From Octopus vulgaris (lineage: Eukaryota), in NCBI GenBank assembly GCA_951406725.2, contig OX597815.1:155372001-155436000 (forward strand): 64,000 nucleotides of DNA, given 5' to 3'. Below the pieces are notes generated by a model. It was not told the DNA's origin. It ran no database searches and saw nothing but the letters and a program-made list of their open reading frames with translations. The first letter of the stretch is position 1. Each line of letters opens with the position of its first letter. Below, one piece after another: positions 1 to 12,476 of this stretch. A program made the position numbers and the translations under genes.

Positions 1-392
1 GACGAGGAGGACGAGGACGATTTCGAGGACGAGGAGGAAGAGGAAGAGGAGGAAGAGGAAAAGGAGGAAGAGGAAAAGGAGGAAGAGGAAGAGGAAGAAG
101 AGGAAGAGGAAGAGGAAGAGGAAGAGGAAGAGGAAGAGGAAGAGGAAGAGGAAAAGAAGAAGAGGAGGAAGAAGAAGAAGAAGAAGAAGAGGAGGAGAAG
201 AAGGGGAGGAGGAGAAGAAGAAGAAGAAGAAGAAGAAGAAGAAGAGGAGGAGAAGAAGGGGAGGAGGAGAAGAAGAAGAAGAAGATGAGGAGAAGAAGGG
301 GAGGAGAAGAAGGGGAGGAGAAGAAGGGGAGGAGAAGAAGGGGAGGAGAAGAAGAGGAGGAGAAGAAGAAGAAGAAGAAGAGGAAGAGGAGG
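1..392. repeat. Purine-rich (GAA/GAG)n compound microsatellite
   Basis: Direct read of GAA, GAG and GAGGAA runs. Confidence 0.95.
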
Positions 393-1121
393 TAAAAATG
401 CAGTATATATTGCACAGATTAAAAGTAGCTGAACCGAAATACAAATAAAATTTGAGCCAGGTTTTGACATCAATCATCTTCACTATCATCATCTTGACAC
501 CATTATTGTCACATCACTACCAATACTATGATTATAATTATTATTATCATCGTCGTCATCATCACGATCTTCATCATCACGATCGGCATGATCATTATGG
601 TTACATCATTTTCATTACTATTATCATTATTCTTTTCATAATCGTCATCATCAACTGATGATGATGATGATGAGTTCGACGACGATGACGATGACGACGA
701 CCATGATGATGATATTGGAACAATAAAAAATGCACACCTTTTGTCTTTGAAAAATCATTGAAACGTGATAGTTGACACAGTAAGAAGACAGCACGTTAGC
801 AAGTGAAGGAGAATAAAATGTCTTTTAATTGACATTAAATTCGAATCTTCAACACGTGCGGCTTTCTAAACTTTAACGAAAATGGATATCTATCGTTTAT
901 ATAGAGATTAGCAATATTAAGCGTTTGAGAATTTGTTAAAATGGGCATATATAGAAATGTTCCCAAAATTATGAAGAATCAGTTATGTTGGCTGGAATGG
1001 TGGGGATGGGGTAGATATGGTGTATCGTCGAACAGGAAAAGGCATGGATAGTGGGTTGAAGAATTTACAGTGTGAGAGTTGTTTAATGTATATGAGTTTA
1101 TGGTACTGTAACTACATAAAG

Positions 1122-1390
1122 CAGTGGTTCCCAAACTTTTTCGGGAACCGCCCCCTTGGTACCCAGGCCACATTCCTAGCGCCCCCACCCGCCTCACATA
1201 GACTACTTTCTGCAGCAAATTCAAAACTGTTACGTCTCACAAATAAAACGATCCAATTAACCCATTATTCACATTGCCACTTTTTGGCTATCCCATTATT
1301 GCCTTGCCCCACTTTTCTTGAACGCGCCCGACCACTGGATCTTTCCACTCCCCAAGAGAAACGCAGTACCACCAACTTTGGGAACCTCTG
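1122..1390. mobile_element. hAT (Charlie/Buster-type) MITE
   Basis: Termini CAGTGGTTCCCAAA...TTTGGGAACCTCTG; 8-bp flanks acaTAaag/atcTAtag, a decayed TSD with central TA. Confidence 0.75.
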
Positions 1391-1703
1391 ATCTATAGCT
1401 ATAAAACAGACCTCAGTCTGAAAACGATAAGTTTCGTTTGTAACAGACAGTATTTGGAAGTTCTCTAAATATAGACCATAGTACTACATTTACAGATTTT
1501 CATAATATTTTTACTTTAACATTTGATATTGAAAAATCACAGTATTGCTAACATGAAATTGGCAGATATATTTTAAAGGAAAATATATCTTAACATTTTC
1601 AACTTTAATAAATATTTTTATCGTAACTAACTATATTTCATATATACTTTAAAATAATCTCTCACATATATGTATGTATGTATGTATGTTTGTATGTATG
1701 TAT

Positions 1704-2242
1704 GTCAGGTCACTTTCGAGTGCTACTGGTAACATGTAACCCAGTACAACCTGTTGCATGGTCAGATCGTCGGCGACTAAACCGGCAACCCCACCAAGGG
1801 TGTTTATTGGACACCCTGCGGGATGAAAAACAAAACCCGTCAAAGGGCGGAGGAACTCTTGGGAGTCAACGGCCATCCAATAAATGCCTTTAGGCTGTAT
1901 CTTGCGCGAGGACATAGAAATAATCGGACTGAATACCCGATTGCGCGGTTAAATCATTGGGAGTGAAGGACTCCTAGCCTTTGTTAGGGCATCCTTCTAG
2001 GAGAAGGTAACTCAGGAAACTGGGATAACTCCGACATAAAACCTGCGGCTCAGTGGTTACCGATGATGTTGACTTGTTCTTCTTTTCGGATTATGGCTGC
2101 TGTTGCTTAGTGAGTGGGATTGACTCGGTGCACAGCCTTTCCTCACTTTAAAAAAAATCTTTTTGCACAGGCATTGCACGATAACAACATTGATTAAGCT
2201 TCGTGCAATGGCCATACTCGATAACAAGGGGGCAGCCACCAT
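1704..2242 (+). mobile_element. ~540-bp structured non-coding retroposon embedded in (TATG)n, copy 1
   Basis: Near-identical reverse-complement copy at 46243-46785; TATG repeats on both flanks; orientation is arbitrary. Confidence 0.75.
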
Positions 2243-2571
2243 GTATGTATCCAACATCACACGGTACGTCTTTTTTACTCTGATGAAATTTATCTCATGT
2301 CACGTAAATGCAAATTTAATGTACAGATTTGTAATTAAATTATTGCGTATTAATTGAAACGGCTGTAAGAAGCGAAGATAATTAATATGGTAATAATAAA
2401 TAATTGTTAACTTCTTTATCTCCTCTTTATTTTCTTCTTTTAACTGGATATAAACTATATGCTTAATATACAGCTATTGTTTTAAGGGAATTTTATTTCC
2501 CAACAATAGCTATTGAACCAGTATTTCCTTGGATACAACCTTCACGAAGTTAACATATCCTCTAATTAAAT

Positions 2572-2621
<50 letters not shown>

Positions 2622-2624
<3 letters not shown>

Positions 2625-2790
2625 TTGAAATTTATATAAAAACAAAAGACGAAGACAAGTGTATGAACAATAATCCGGTGTATTAGTTTGATGCTCGCGA
2701 AAGTGAGAAAGTCTTTTACATTTCGAGCCTACGCTCTTCAACAGGAAGGCATAAGAGAAAATAAACAGAGAGAGAATGAAAAGACTTGTG
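2622..2790 (-). mobile_element. Penelope-like terminal remnant with a degenerate hammerhead-like motif
   Basis: Minus strand reads CTGTTGAA-GAGC-GTAG-GCTC-GAAATGTA next to a (TG)n tract. Confidence 0.4.
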
Positions 2791-5074
2791 GCTTTAGAGG
2801 TCAAGTATATGTATAATCTATGTATAAAACATTGGATGGCCATGGTTAGAATGCTTTGATAGTATTCTCAGTCATGGTTGAGATGAGATTAAACAAGAAC
2901 ATTGCCGTATTTAGTTACCTTCTTTTACTTTCTAAGTACAAATTCCACAAAGATTAATTAGTCTTTCAATATCCCATTGTAATTATAATCAATACCAATA
3001 CGCTAACGAATGGTTCATGGATGGAATTTTCCCTTTTTTCTCAGTTTTTTCCATTCTGAGTTCAAATTCCATCGCGTTCGATTTTTCCTTTCATTCTTTT
3101 AGGGACGATGAAATAAGTCAGGTACACAAGTGGATATAACCGACTGTTTTCTTCCTCAAAATTTTTTCTGTTACGTCTCTATATGAAATCTTTGCAATGA
3201 ATACCAATCAATTAATATCTTAGTAAATTATAAGGATTTAATTTATCTTGGTAACTATCCAATTTTTTAAGTCTTAAGTGGATGATAGTGAAATATTCCC
3301 CTGGCTAAGACGCTGATATGTCACAAGAACAAACGAATTCATCATTGTAAAGCGAACAAGTTATTTATCAAATCAATGGAGACTTCTAACTACCCCGCCG
3401 TACCTATTTACAGCTCAGTAGACTGACTGAGTAATGTAAGACTTGAGTTCTTTAGTCAGGAACATAATATGGTACCGAAAACATGATACGAATCATCGAT
3501 AACTCAGTTGATTGTCAGTTAACTATTTTATCCCTTGCTAAAATATTGGGTCATTTTCCCACGTTAGAAAATCAATGTTCTCATATATGAAGACCGTACA
3601 TCGTTATAATTCGACTGGTTAACAACTCTCAAATGATGCCTTTTAACTTGTGAATATAATTTAATTGTTTTATTTAATTACAGACAACATAGAGGTTTTT
3701 CAATTATTTAATGACAATTTTATTTCCAATTAGTTGTACTATTCCATCCCATCAAATGATTATAACTTGTGAGCAATTTACCATTACTTATATTCAGGTG
3801 TTTATCTACTTTCTTTTGTTGCTTCATTTGTCAACGCTAAAGTATTGAAATTTTCAAAAATGAATAATATTAGAATTATGCTTACGGCCTTGCATGTTAA
3901 ATATTGTTTATTACATAGTTGGAAGTTTATACTGGTTTAGCTTCGAGCTTTATTATGTTCTAACAAATTAATAATGGGAAATTATTTAAAATCTGTATAT
4001 TTGTGAAGAGTACTAAAGAGTAAAGCATAAACATCAAACAAAAGAACAAATATCTTTGCATTAGCGATAAACTTGTAGATAGTTAACAAGGAGATGCTGT
4101 TTTAGTTGCAGGTTGAAACTAGAACCATATGGTAAAATAGACATGTTTGGGGTTGGAGTGCGTGTCGCAATGTGAGAGTTGTAAAATATATCAAAATACA
4201 AGAAGAGAAGAGCGTTGTAGTTTGCTTGAAGCATTGTGAAACAGAAGTAAAAATATCAAATAATGAAAACGTTAGAGCTCCTATCCGTTTTTGCATTATA
4301 AGAAGCTCTCCATCTTCAATATTTGTTATATTAAGATATATTTGACATAGTTCAAACGTTCTCTGATACAGAACTCAATATGTTTAGTAGAGTGGAAAGC
4401 TATATATTATATCAAATGTCGACAGTCCATTCTGAGTTTCGCTCGAAGCTGTGCTGTTCCTGACTGTTGCAAACAGCTCGGCTTGAGGCGAAATTAAGAG
4501 TAGACAATCAACTATTAGTATAATATGTACTCATATGAATGTACGCATATATCTGTGGGGAGTGCGCATGCGTGTATGCAGCTAAAATAATTATTGTAGC
4601 GATAAAATGTGTTAACTGATGTACGTTTTTAGCTAATTGCATTGTGGAAGAATATTGATGCCACTTGAAATACATATATGTTATATTAGTTTAAGTTTAG
4701 TTTCGTTGGATATTCTTCGATATTGCTGGCGTTGGATTACTGCCTTGCAGTAAATTGTTCACTGTTCGCCGGGTTCAAATGCCGTAAGCCAAACTTTACC
4801 GTCTACATTTTGGGATATAAAGTACCAGTCCTGTGTAGAGTATGTTTCTTTCTTTCCTTTTACTGATTGTCTCTCTCTTTCATCGGTAGACATCAGACCC
4901 GAAGAGGGATGAGCTCTATTAAGTCTAAAATCTCTGGTGAACTCGTGGTAACATAAAGCACGCCTTCGACATGCTTTATGTCACAGCAGCACCTCGACGA
5001 CTTCACCAGAAGTAGAGATTCCAAAACAAGGTATGTGTTTGTGCGCGCACACGTGCATATGTGTACATGTTGTG

Positions 5075-5560
5075 TATAATAATAATGAAATTATTGTATA
5101 CAGTGCTCAGGTGCACCACAACTTGTCAAAAGTGCGTATAAAAACATATGCAGTAATGTACAAATGTCTGAAAAGTGAACAGTGTATGAATCAGATACAT
5201 ACTTGCGTGTGTATGGAGGGGAGAAAAAGCAGGTGTAGTGTTAGTGAATCTCAGGAAGCATGGAAGTTTTGAAGGATGCAGTGCTCCGACAACTAACAAC
5301 TGAAGCCGGCAGTTTGTTCCATACTTCAGCAACTCTTAGCGTGTAAAAATGTATCCGAAAGTCATGGGAGCTGTGCTGTTTTCTGACTTTGTAAACATGT
5401 CCACGGGTGTTAGACAGGTGGAGTTTGAAAAGGTGCACAGAGTTATTGTTAGTAAGATGGTTAATAATTTTATGGGTGTCTGCCAAGTCAGCTGTCAGAC
5501 GTCGGAGTTTCAATGTATCCATGCCCAGGGAAGTAAGGCGTTCAGAATATGGCAAATGCC
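5075..5560 (-). mobile_element. CR1-type LINE, 3' end of ORF2 and 3' UTR
   Basis: Translation YSERLTSLGMDTLKLRRL...NTRGHVYK...FYTLRVAEVWNKLP is typical of the CR1 ORF2 C-terminus; short (ATT)n tail. Confidence 0.85.
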
Positions 5561-5596
5561 TGATGTTGTTGTGTGGTGTGTGTGTATGTGTGTGTG

Positions 5597-5669
<73 letters not shown>

Positions 5670-5689
5670 ACAAATGCACAGAAACAGAA

Positions 5690-5950
5690 TATTCGTTGTT
5701 CAGTTGTAAATATATTGACATTTACATTCCCTGTGCGAATAAATCTAAGAAATCACTTCTGTCGAATATAACGGAACGATGGAGCAAAGTGCCTCATAGC
5801 AACAGCAAACGCCAAATTCAAACAACATTACTTTAATCATACTTCGTCCTTCGAACATGCTGAAATGAGACACGCAACAACTTTGTCAAACTACATCCGG
5901 TACTTAAAAGAAAGCAGTATTAATTTTGATATTAAATATAGCATTCTAAA
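5690..5950 (+). mobile_element. Penelope-like GIY-YIG endonuclease remnant
   Basis: Reads FKQHYFNHTSSFEHAEMRHATTLSNYIRYLKE...IKYSIL, matching the PLE pattern FK.RY.NH..SF...T.LS..IW.LK...I.W.IL. Confidence 0.6.
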
Positions 5951-6267
5951 GCATAATTTATGTACAGTCAAAAATAGTTTATTTAAAAAATCAGTAAAAA
6001 AAAAAAAAACTTCGGAAATGATATAATTAGAAGGTTAGAAGTTTTCACAAAGTATCGTAATTTCAAAATATTACTGCTTAAATTCAGAAATTTTATACCA
6101 CTACCGGATTAAACAGGCAAATATCAAACCAACAAATACACTCCATTTACTTGTTGACGTTGACACTTCATTCTGCTAGTAGTTAAATTCTGCAAATTTA
6201 CACCGCCACCACCTCTATCTATGAGATTTACCCACTTTACTTATTAACTCTCTCTCTCTCTCTCTTT

Positions 6268-6450
6268 AACTCTTTTACTTGTTTCAGTCATTTGACTGCG
6301 GCCATGCTGGAGCACCACCTTTTAGTACTTATTCTATCGGTCTCTTTTTGCCGAACCGCTAAGTGACGGGGACATAAACACACCAGCATCGGTTGTCAAG
6401 CAATGCTAGGGGGACAAACACAGACACACAAACACACACATACACATATA
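6268..6450 (-). mobile_element. SINE family A, 3' half
   Basis: Matches 16610-16830 and 24650-24880 (CTTTTACTTGTTTCAGTCATTTGACTGCGGCCATGCTGGAGCACC...). Confidence 0.85.
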
Positions 6451-7172
6451 TAACTGTGTATTCTATGTTTACTTTTCTCATTCCTTGATCTGATAAACTG
6501 TATATTAAACAAGTGCTATTCGATTGTTGCCTGTACGTTAATCTGACTAACAATGTGTAACATATAAACAATAAGCCCAAGTATTATTATAGTCGATCAC
6601 ATATAGAATATAATGGATCAGGCTTAAATAGTAATTATGTTATTGACAGTGAAAGGAGAAAAGGCAATGTTCACTTCACCGGGATTCGAACTCAGTACGT
6701 CCACTACTTTGAGTGAAATAATATTATTAGAATTCTCATCATAACCTAAACTAAGCATGATTGTTCCACGCATTTTATTTCCACATTGTGTGTTCTTTTA
6801 AATGCAGTTAAGCTTCCTAATATAAAAATCAGAATGTTACCCTTAAGGAAAATTAAAAAGAACAGTTTAGAAATTCCGAAGTAGCTTTGAGGAATAAAGA
6901 TTTTCATTAAATTTTCATTAATAACCGACATCTAATTTGATTAAAACTAATATAGTTACGAAATCTCAAACTGTTGCTCGCTGTCATAACCAAATGGTAA
7001 ATCTGACACTACGTCCATCAACGAAAGAGATTAACTGGGGTTAAATTTCACTCAATTCAAATCACACCCTAACATCAGCAAAAATATAGAATACATAGGC
7101 TACTTTGTATAGTGGTGTCGGTTTTCCTATCTTTGTTGGGTTTGGACAAAAAGGTAGTACCCAAGACTTTTG

Positions 7173-8477
7173 GGTACTATTTAAGAAGAGTGGTCCCGGT
7201 GCACGCGCACTCGCACACTTGCGCATCCACCCTAGCTAGTCGTGACTAGTCGATCCTATAACGACTACCTAGCGCGAGTGCGCGTATGCAAATTAATAGA
7301 TGGGTTTTTTAAAACAAAATAAATAATTTTTTACACAAAGTAAATAATTTTTTAAACAAAGTAAGGATCTTTTCCTTTTGAACGGCAGTTTTCAACACAA
7401 TTTCTAGTTAACTAAACACTTTTAAACTTCGTATACTGGTAGAATGTGTTTATAAAACATTATTTTTTCTTGGCTTTATTGAGAAAATTCTATATGTTGT
7501 AACATATTTCCACTTTAAAATCGAGCATTTCGGCAATTTTAACCAATCGCTGACCTCCATTGACGTAAACAACATTCCGTGCTGTATGAATATGTCCCTC
7601 GTTTAAGAAACAGATTGGGTTTATTTACATTTGCGAAGAAAAAAAGTTACCCTTCCCCCACCCTTAACCCTAACCATAACTCTAAACCTAACCCTAAAAT
7701 AGATTGAAGTGCAATAGATCGATACTAGGGTTATAATTATGGGTAACAATTTCATTTGACACTGCTAGAAAAAAAATCCTATTTTCCGTAGCGGTGTTGT
7801 ATGAAATTGTCACCCATAATTATAACCCTAGTATCGATCTATTGCATTTCAATCTATTTTAGGGTTAGGTTTAGAGTTATGGTTAGGGTTAGGGTTAGAG
7901 TTAGGGGTAGGGTTAGGGTTAGGGTTAGGGGTGGGGGAAGGGTATCTTTTTTTCTTCGCAAATGTAAATAAACCCAATCTGTTTCTTAAATGAGGGACAT
8001 ATTCATACAGCACGGAATGTTGTTTACGTCAATGGAGGTCAGCGATTGGTTAAAATTGCCGAAATGTTCAAAATTAAAGTCGAAATATGTTACAACATAT
8101 AGAATTTTCTCAATAAAGCCAAGAAAAAATGTTGTTTTATAAACACATTCTACCAGTATACGAAGTTTAGAAGTGTTTAGTTAACTAGAAATTGTGTTGA
8201 AAACTGCCGTTCAAAAGGAAAAGATCCCAAAGTAAATAAAACACAAAAACACAAAGTAAATAATTTTTTTTAAATAAAGTAAATAAATCTTTTTTCTAAA
8301 CAACGTAATTTTTTTTTAAACAAATTAAATAAAAATAACACACAACCTATTTTTGGTACCCCCATCATACTCTTAAAACGTAGGTAGTCGTTGTAGGATC
8401 GACTAGTCACGACTAGCTAGCGCGAATACGCGAGTATGCGAGTGCGCGCACCGGGACCACTCTTCTTGAATAGTACC
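7173..8477. mobile_element. Merlin-like MITE (GGTAC termini) with a nested insertion
   Basis: ~100-bp imperfect TIRs GGTACTATTT.AGAAGAGTGGTCCCGGTGC; perfect 8-bp TSD GACTTTTG (7165-7172 and 8478-8485). Confidence 0.8.
7365..8227. mobile_element. Merlin-like MITE (GGATC termini), fold-back dimer containing telomere-type repeats
   Basis: 8-bp TSD CAAAGTAA; ~400-bp arms in inverted orientation; monomer present at 55774-56202. Confidence 0.85.
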
Positions 8478-9144
8478 GACTTTTGCAAGATCTTCGAGTT
8501 TACTGAGCATGGTGTTATTAATAATCCGTTTTAACTGTGGAAACTCGCAGGAAGATATGAATCTTCTGGGGAAACACGCTTGAGAAATGATGTTCTGTTG
8601 AGGAAGGACTGAGTTTAGTGGTTATTGCTGGTCTGAGAGTAGATGTGACGATGGTGGCGAAAGCCAGAGTGCTGAGTCGATCGATGGCGAAGGAATGGAG
8701 CAGGTACGAAATAGTTTCATGCTATTATGATACTTGAACAGGCATATTTATAAAATTCGCCACGTATCTTAAAAGCAATCTTTCAGGTACTGTTTATGTA
8801 TTAGATATTATTTTTAAAAACAAGAAAGCTGGACAGTAAGAAGATAAGATAAAACGAGAAGAAAACATGAAGTTTGGTGCAAAAAATGGAACGAGAAAAA
8901 TGAAACGAAACCAAGAACTACGAACCTCATCCTCCCTAATTGCAGAAAGCTCATTAAATATAACTGGTTTAGAACAAAATGACAAAAAATACGAATGAAG
9001 AACCATCCGCTACATACGTGATGTAATTTATGTTTTCATAAATTCATATATATGTGAGTCTGTGTATATGTGTTTGTCTGAGTGTCTATGTAAACATATG
9101 TATACAAGTGTGTGTGTGTGTGTGTGCGTGCGTGTATATATATA

Positions 9145-9178
<34 letters not shown>

Positions 9179-9281
9179 CGGGCGCGCGCGCACCTACACA
9201 CCCGCTTACACATGTATATTATATGGTTTCTGCTGTAAATTTTTAAAAATTTAATGTGATTTTTTTTCTATTTCTTTATAG

Positions 9282-9733
9282 GAGCCCTTTGTGAAAGATG
9301 TCAGATTCCTCAGCTCATGTTTAAAATCATATTTTGGCTTGGATATTGTAACTCTACTATGAATCCCATTATATATGCTTGTTCGAGCAAGGAATTTAAA
9401 AGAGCTTTTAAAAGAATTCTTCATTGTCAGTTTCGAAGACAACCTCGACAATTTCTAAGTGGAAAAGGTATTGCTGCCTTGACAATAGAGCTTCATAAGA
9501 AACAATCAGATCCCCGTGTCGCACAAAGCTTCCCTCATAAATCTAATTATAAAAATAGAACTTTACAAAACAAACCTGACAATGCAATAAAATTTACTGG
9601 TTCGAGAAAAATAAAACCTCTATTTCGACTTCATTTGAATCGGGAGTTACCACTTAGCTCCCTCTGTCCAGATTCACCACTTCCATCACTGAGACTACTG
9701 CAAGAAAAACAGAGAACTAAACTGGTAAAATAG
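9282..9733 (+). CDS. Terminal exon of an alpha-1 adrenergic receptor-like class A GPCR (ECL3, TM7, helix 8, C-tail)
   Basis: Polypyrimidine tract plus AG at 9280-9281, phase 1. Reads (G)[49 protein letters not shown], with NPxxY and the ADRA1-type [10 protein letters not shown] motif. Stop TAG at 9731-9733. Confidence 0.9.
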
Positions 9734-10162
9734 ACTGGAATTATTTTGATGCCTGCCGCCAAATCCTATTGATTTTGATATACAAAGATGTCAATTGACA
9801 TGGAAAATAAGAGATACACAAGTAGAGACTTTACTGCCAATGTACAATTATAATTTCGAGAAAAGCTCACATACTGTTTTGGTAATGAAAACAGTAAATC
9901 AAATGGAAAATAACAGACAGGAAGAGACTTTGAAATGCACAGGCTCGATTTTGTTTTTATTATATTTATTTTTTTTTTTTGTCCCGCAAAGATAGTATAT
10001 TTGATATTTTAGAGAAAACAAAACTATATTTGAGTTCTTCGATCAAGATATATACAAAGAAAAACCTTCGTGTTGTTTCGTTAAACAAATATGAACAAAC
10101 CGATTGCAAAGAAATTACTCTGTCTTTGTCTTAATAATTATTCAAACAAAATTCAGATCCTG

Positions 10163-10249
10163 AATAAAATAACAAAGACGCTGTTTGTATTGATATTAAA
10201 CAAAGAGATTTCGATCAATAGAACTGAAATATATGATTTTGACAATAAA
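10163..10249 (+). promoter_or_regulatory. Candidate polyadenylation signals for the GPCR
   Basis: AATAAA at 10163 and 10244, downstream of the stop; weak evidence in AT-rich DNA. Confidence 0.3.
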
Positions 10250-10602
10250 ATAACTATGGTGATTCATTAATATGCACAAAAGTGATTGGCATCCAATTAA
10301 AGAGTTCTGTCCAAGTAAGAAATTACACTGCAATCCAGTTGTGTACTGTTTTATTTCGGAGATCTGAAATTTTCAGTGTATGCAATATCGAACTAAAAAT
10401 ACAGATATGTAAAAAGAAAAAAAATTCTCTCTTTCTCTCTGTTCCTGTATTTCTTGTGTAGCATGTATTAATCACTCTAGTTACATTATCTTCACTGTTT
10501 TTATCCAGACCAAGTTTCATTTTGCTCGGTGTATTCCTTGTACGCCTTCGGGTGATATACATTTTACATACAAAGATAAATCCGTTACACACACACACAT
10601 GC

Positions 10603-10671
<69 letters not shown>

Positions 10672-11153
10672 TATGTACGTTGGAGTGTGTGTATAGAAAA
10701 TCGGTGTGTTTACAATACAGCACTCAACCGGAATTTCTGGTTATCTACGCTCTCATACTGGAACTCTGAGAGAAATTAAACCTGCACTGGTGCAGAAACT
10801 CCAGGTATATCACTGCTAGAAGCAGTGTATAAGTATTACAAAGAATAACAAATAATGCAAAAAAAAACGAAAAATGAATATAGCACAATTTTAATTTTAG
10901 TTACACTTGTTACGTTACCACTCCGTTTCTATCCCCCATTGCACGTAAATAATTTCATATGAAAAGGTGCGTCATATGTGCGGTGGATAATATCGGAGTG
11001 GCACTTCATCAGACTAGCATCAAGTCGTGTGTTTTTACATTATACCAGAAGCAATTGTGACTAATAATAAAGTTGTGTTACATTCATTCTTCTCTTTGTT
11101 TTCTTAATTATAATACACACGTGCACACTCACACATATATATTTCTATCTCTC

Positions 11154-11217
<64 letters not shown>

Positions 11218-11535
11218 TATATATATGCAGCGATAGGGAGAGCTTGAATGTACACATTGGAGAAAAAGTATTGAATATATTTAACAGAGCTGTTTTGGTC
11301 TATAACAGATGAATCCCAATGGCACTTTCCGAAATTTGTCACTGCGAACGATCCTACAACTAACATCATAGGAAAGCATCATCTAAGAGTATATATACTC
11401 TAATACAAGTATACACTCATTGACTACTCACTCTCTCTCTCTTCTCTTTCTTTCTCATATATATATATATATATATATATAAGACAAGGCAGAAAATGCT
11501 AAAATAATTTTATCATGAAGTACATTTTGTAATGG

Positions 11536-11573
11536 TTAGTACCGGTTTCAGTCTTTTCGACTTTTTCCACTAA
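11536..11573 (-). ncRNA. Minimal type-I hammerhead ribozyme-like motif (family 2)
   Basis: UUAG-UGGAAAA-AGUC(GAAAA)GACU-GAAA-CCGG-UA/CUAA: stems I and II pair, palindromic ACCGGU stem III, U4 replaced by G. Confidence 0.55.
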
Positions 11574-11624
11574 GAGTAAAACTAGAAAAATAATTAAATT
11601 GAAGAAAAAGTTAAATCAGATGTT

Positions 11625-12356
11625 GGATCTTTTCTATTCTGAAGCCAGTTTTTTCAAATTTTTCCTACTGAACCAAACAATTTGAAACTTCGTATACTGG
11701 TAGAATGTGTCAAAAGTAAACTTAATTGTAAACCAGAATGAAAACGGAATTGTAACTTCTAAGTTTAACGTTGTTTAATAATTAGAATTTTAACCAATGA
11801 TATTCCGTCATTCGGCTTTATTTTATTTACTCCGTCTCGACCACCAATTTCGTGACGTATTAAACATGTGTATATAAACTTCCCTCGTCATAAAATCGCT
11901 TCCTCTTAGTCTCTTTCGCTCTCATTACTTATGTAAAAAAATAAAAGTTTTTTACGGAAATCGACGGAAAACTTGTGCTACGACAAGAGAAACTTCGCCG
12001 AAATTTAATATTAAAAAAGCAAAGAGCTGGCAGAAACGTTAGCACGCCGGGCGAAATGCGTAGCCGTATTTCGTCTGCCGTGTTTGTTTACAGTTTTCCG
12101 AACGTTAGTACGTCACAAAAGCGCTTTCTACGTCACACTAATAGAATGCAGTCAAGTTTTACACATGAAAACAAACAATCTGATTGGTTAAAATTCGCAG
12201 TTTTAATCTACGATTAAAGTCATAAAATAGATTTTTCTCAAATAAACTAGTTCCAACCTGTGTCTTGTTTTGCTAGATTCTATCAGCATACGAAGTTTCA
12301 GATTATTTAGTTAAGTAGAAAGATCTGTGATCCTGGCTTCAGAATAGAAAAGATCC
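11625..12356. mobile_element. Merlin-like MITE (GGATC termini) containing a SINE-B 5' fragment (~12020-12085)
   Basis: TIR GGATCTTTTCTATTCTGAAGCCAG; perfect 8-bp TSD CAGATGTT; shares AAACTTCGTATACTGGTAGAATGTGT with the 7365 and 55774 elements. Confidence 0.85.
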
Positions 12357-12409
12357 CAGATGTTTTGTAAATATTTCCATAGTCTTCAAATAGGACACTT
12401 TTCCTTTTT

Positions 12410-12476
<67 letters not shown>

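Noticed and set aside
7859-7930. TTAGGG array as a telomere or chromosome-fusion scar
   Set aside because: Short, degenerate and internal to a MITE with a TSD; the same tract is in the monomer at 56073-56100
8530-8708. Possible upstream GPCR exon ending CAG|GTACG
   Set aside because: No TM6-like translation (CWxPFF) and no convincing open frame
9795-9995. 66-aa ORF after the GPCR stop
   Set aside because: Non-ATG start and no recognisable motif; probably 3' UTR
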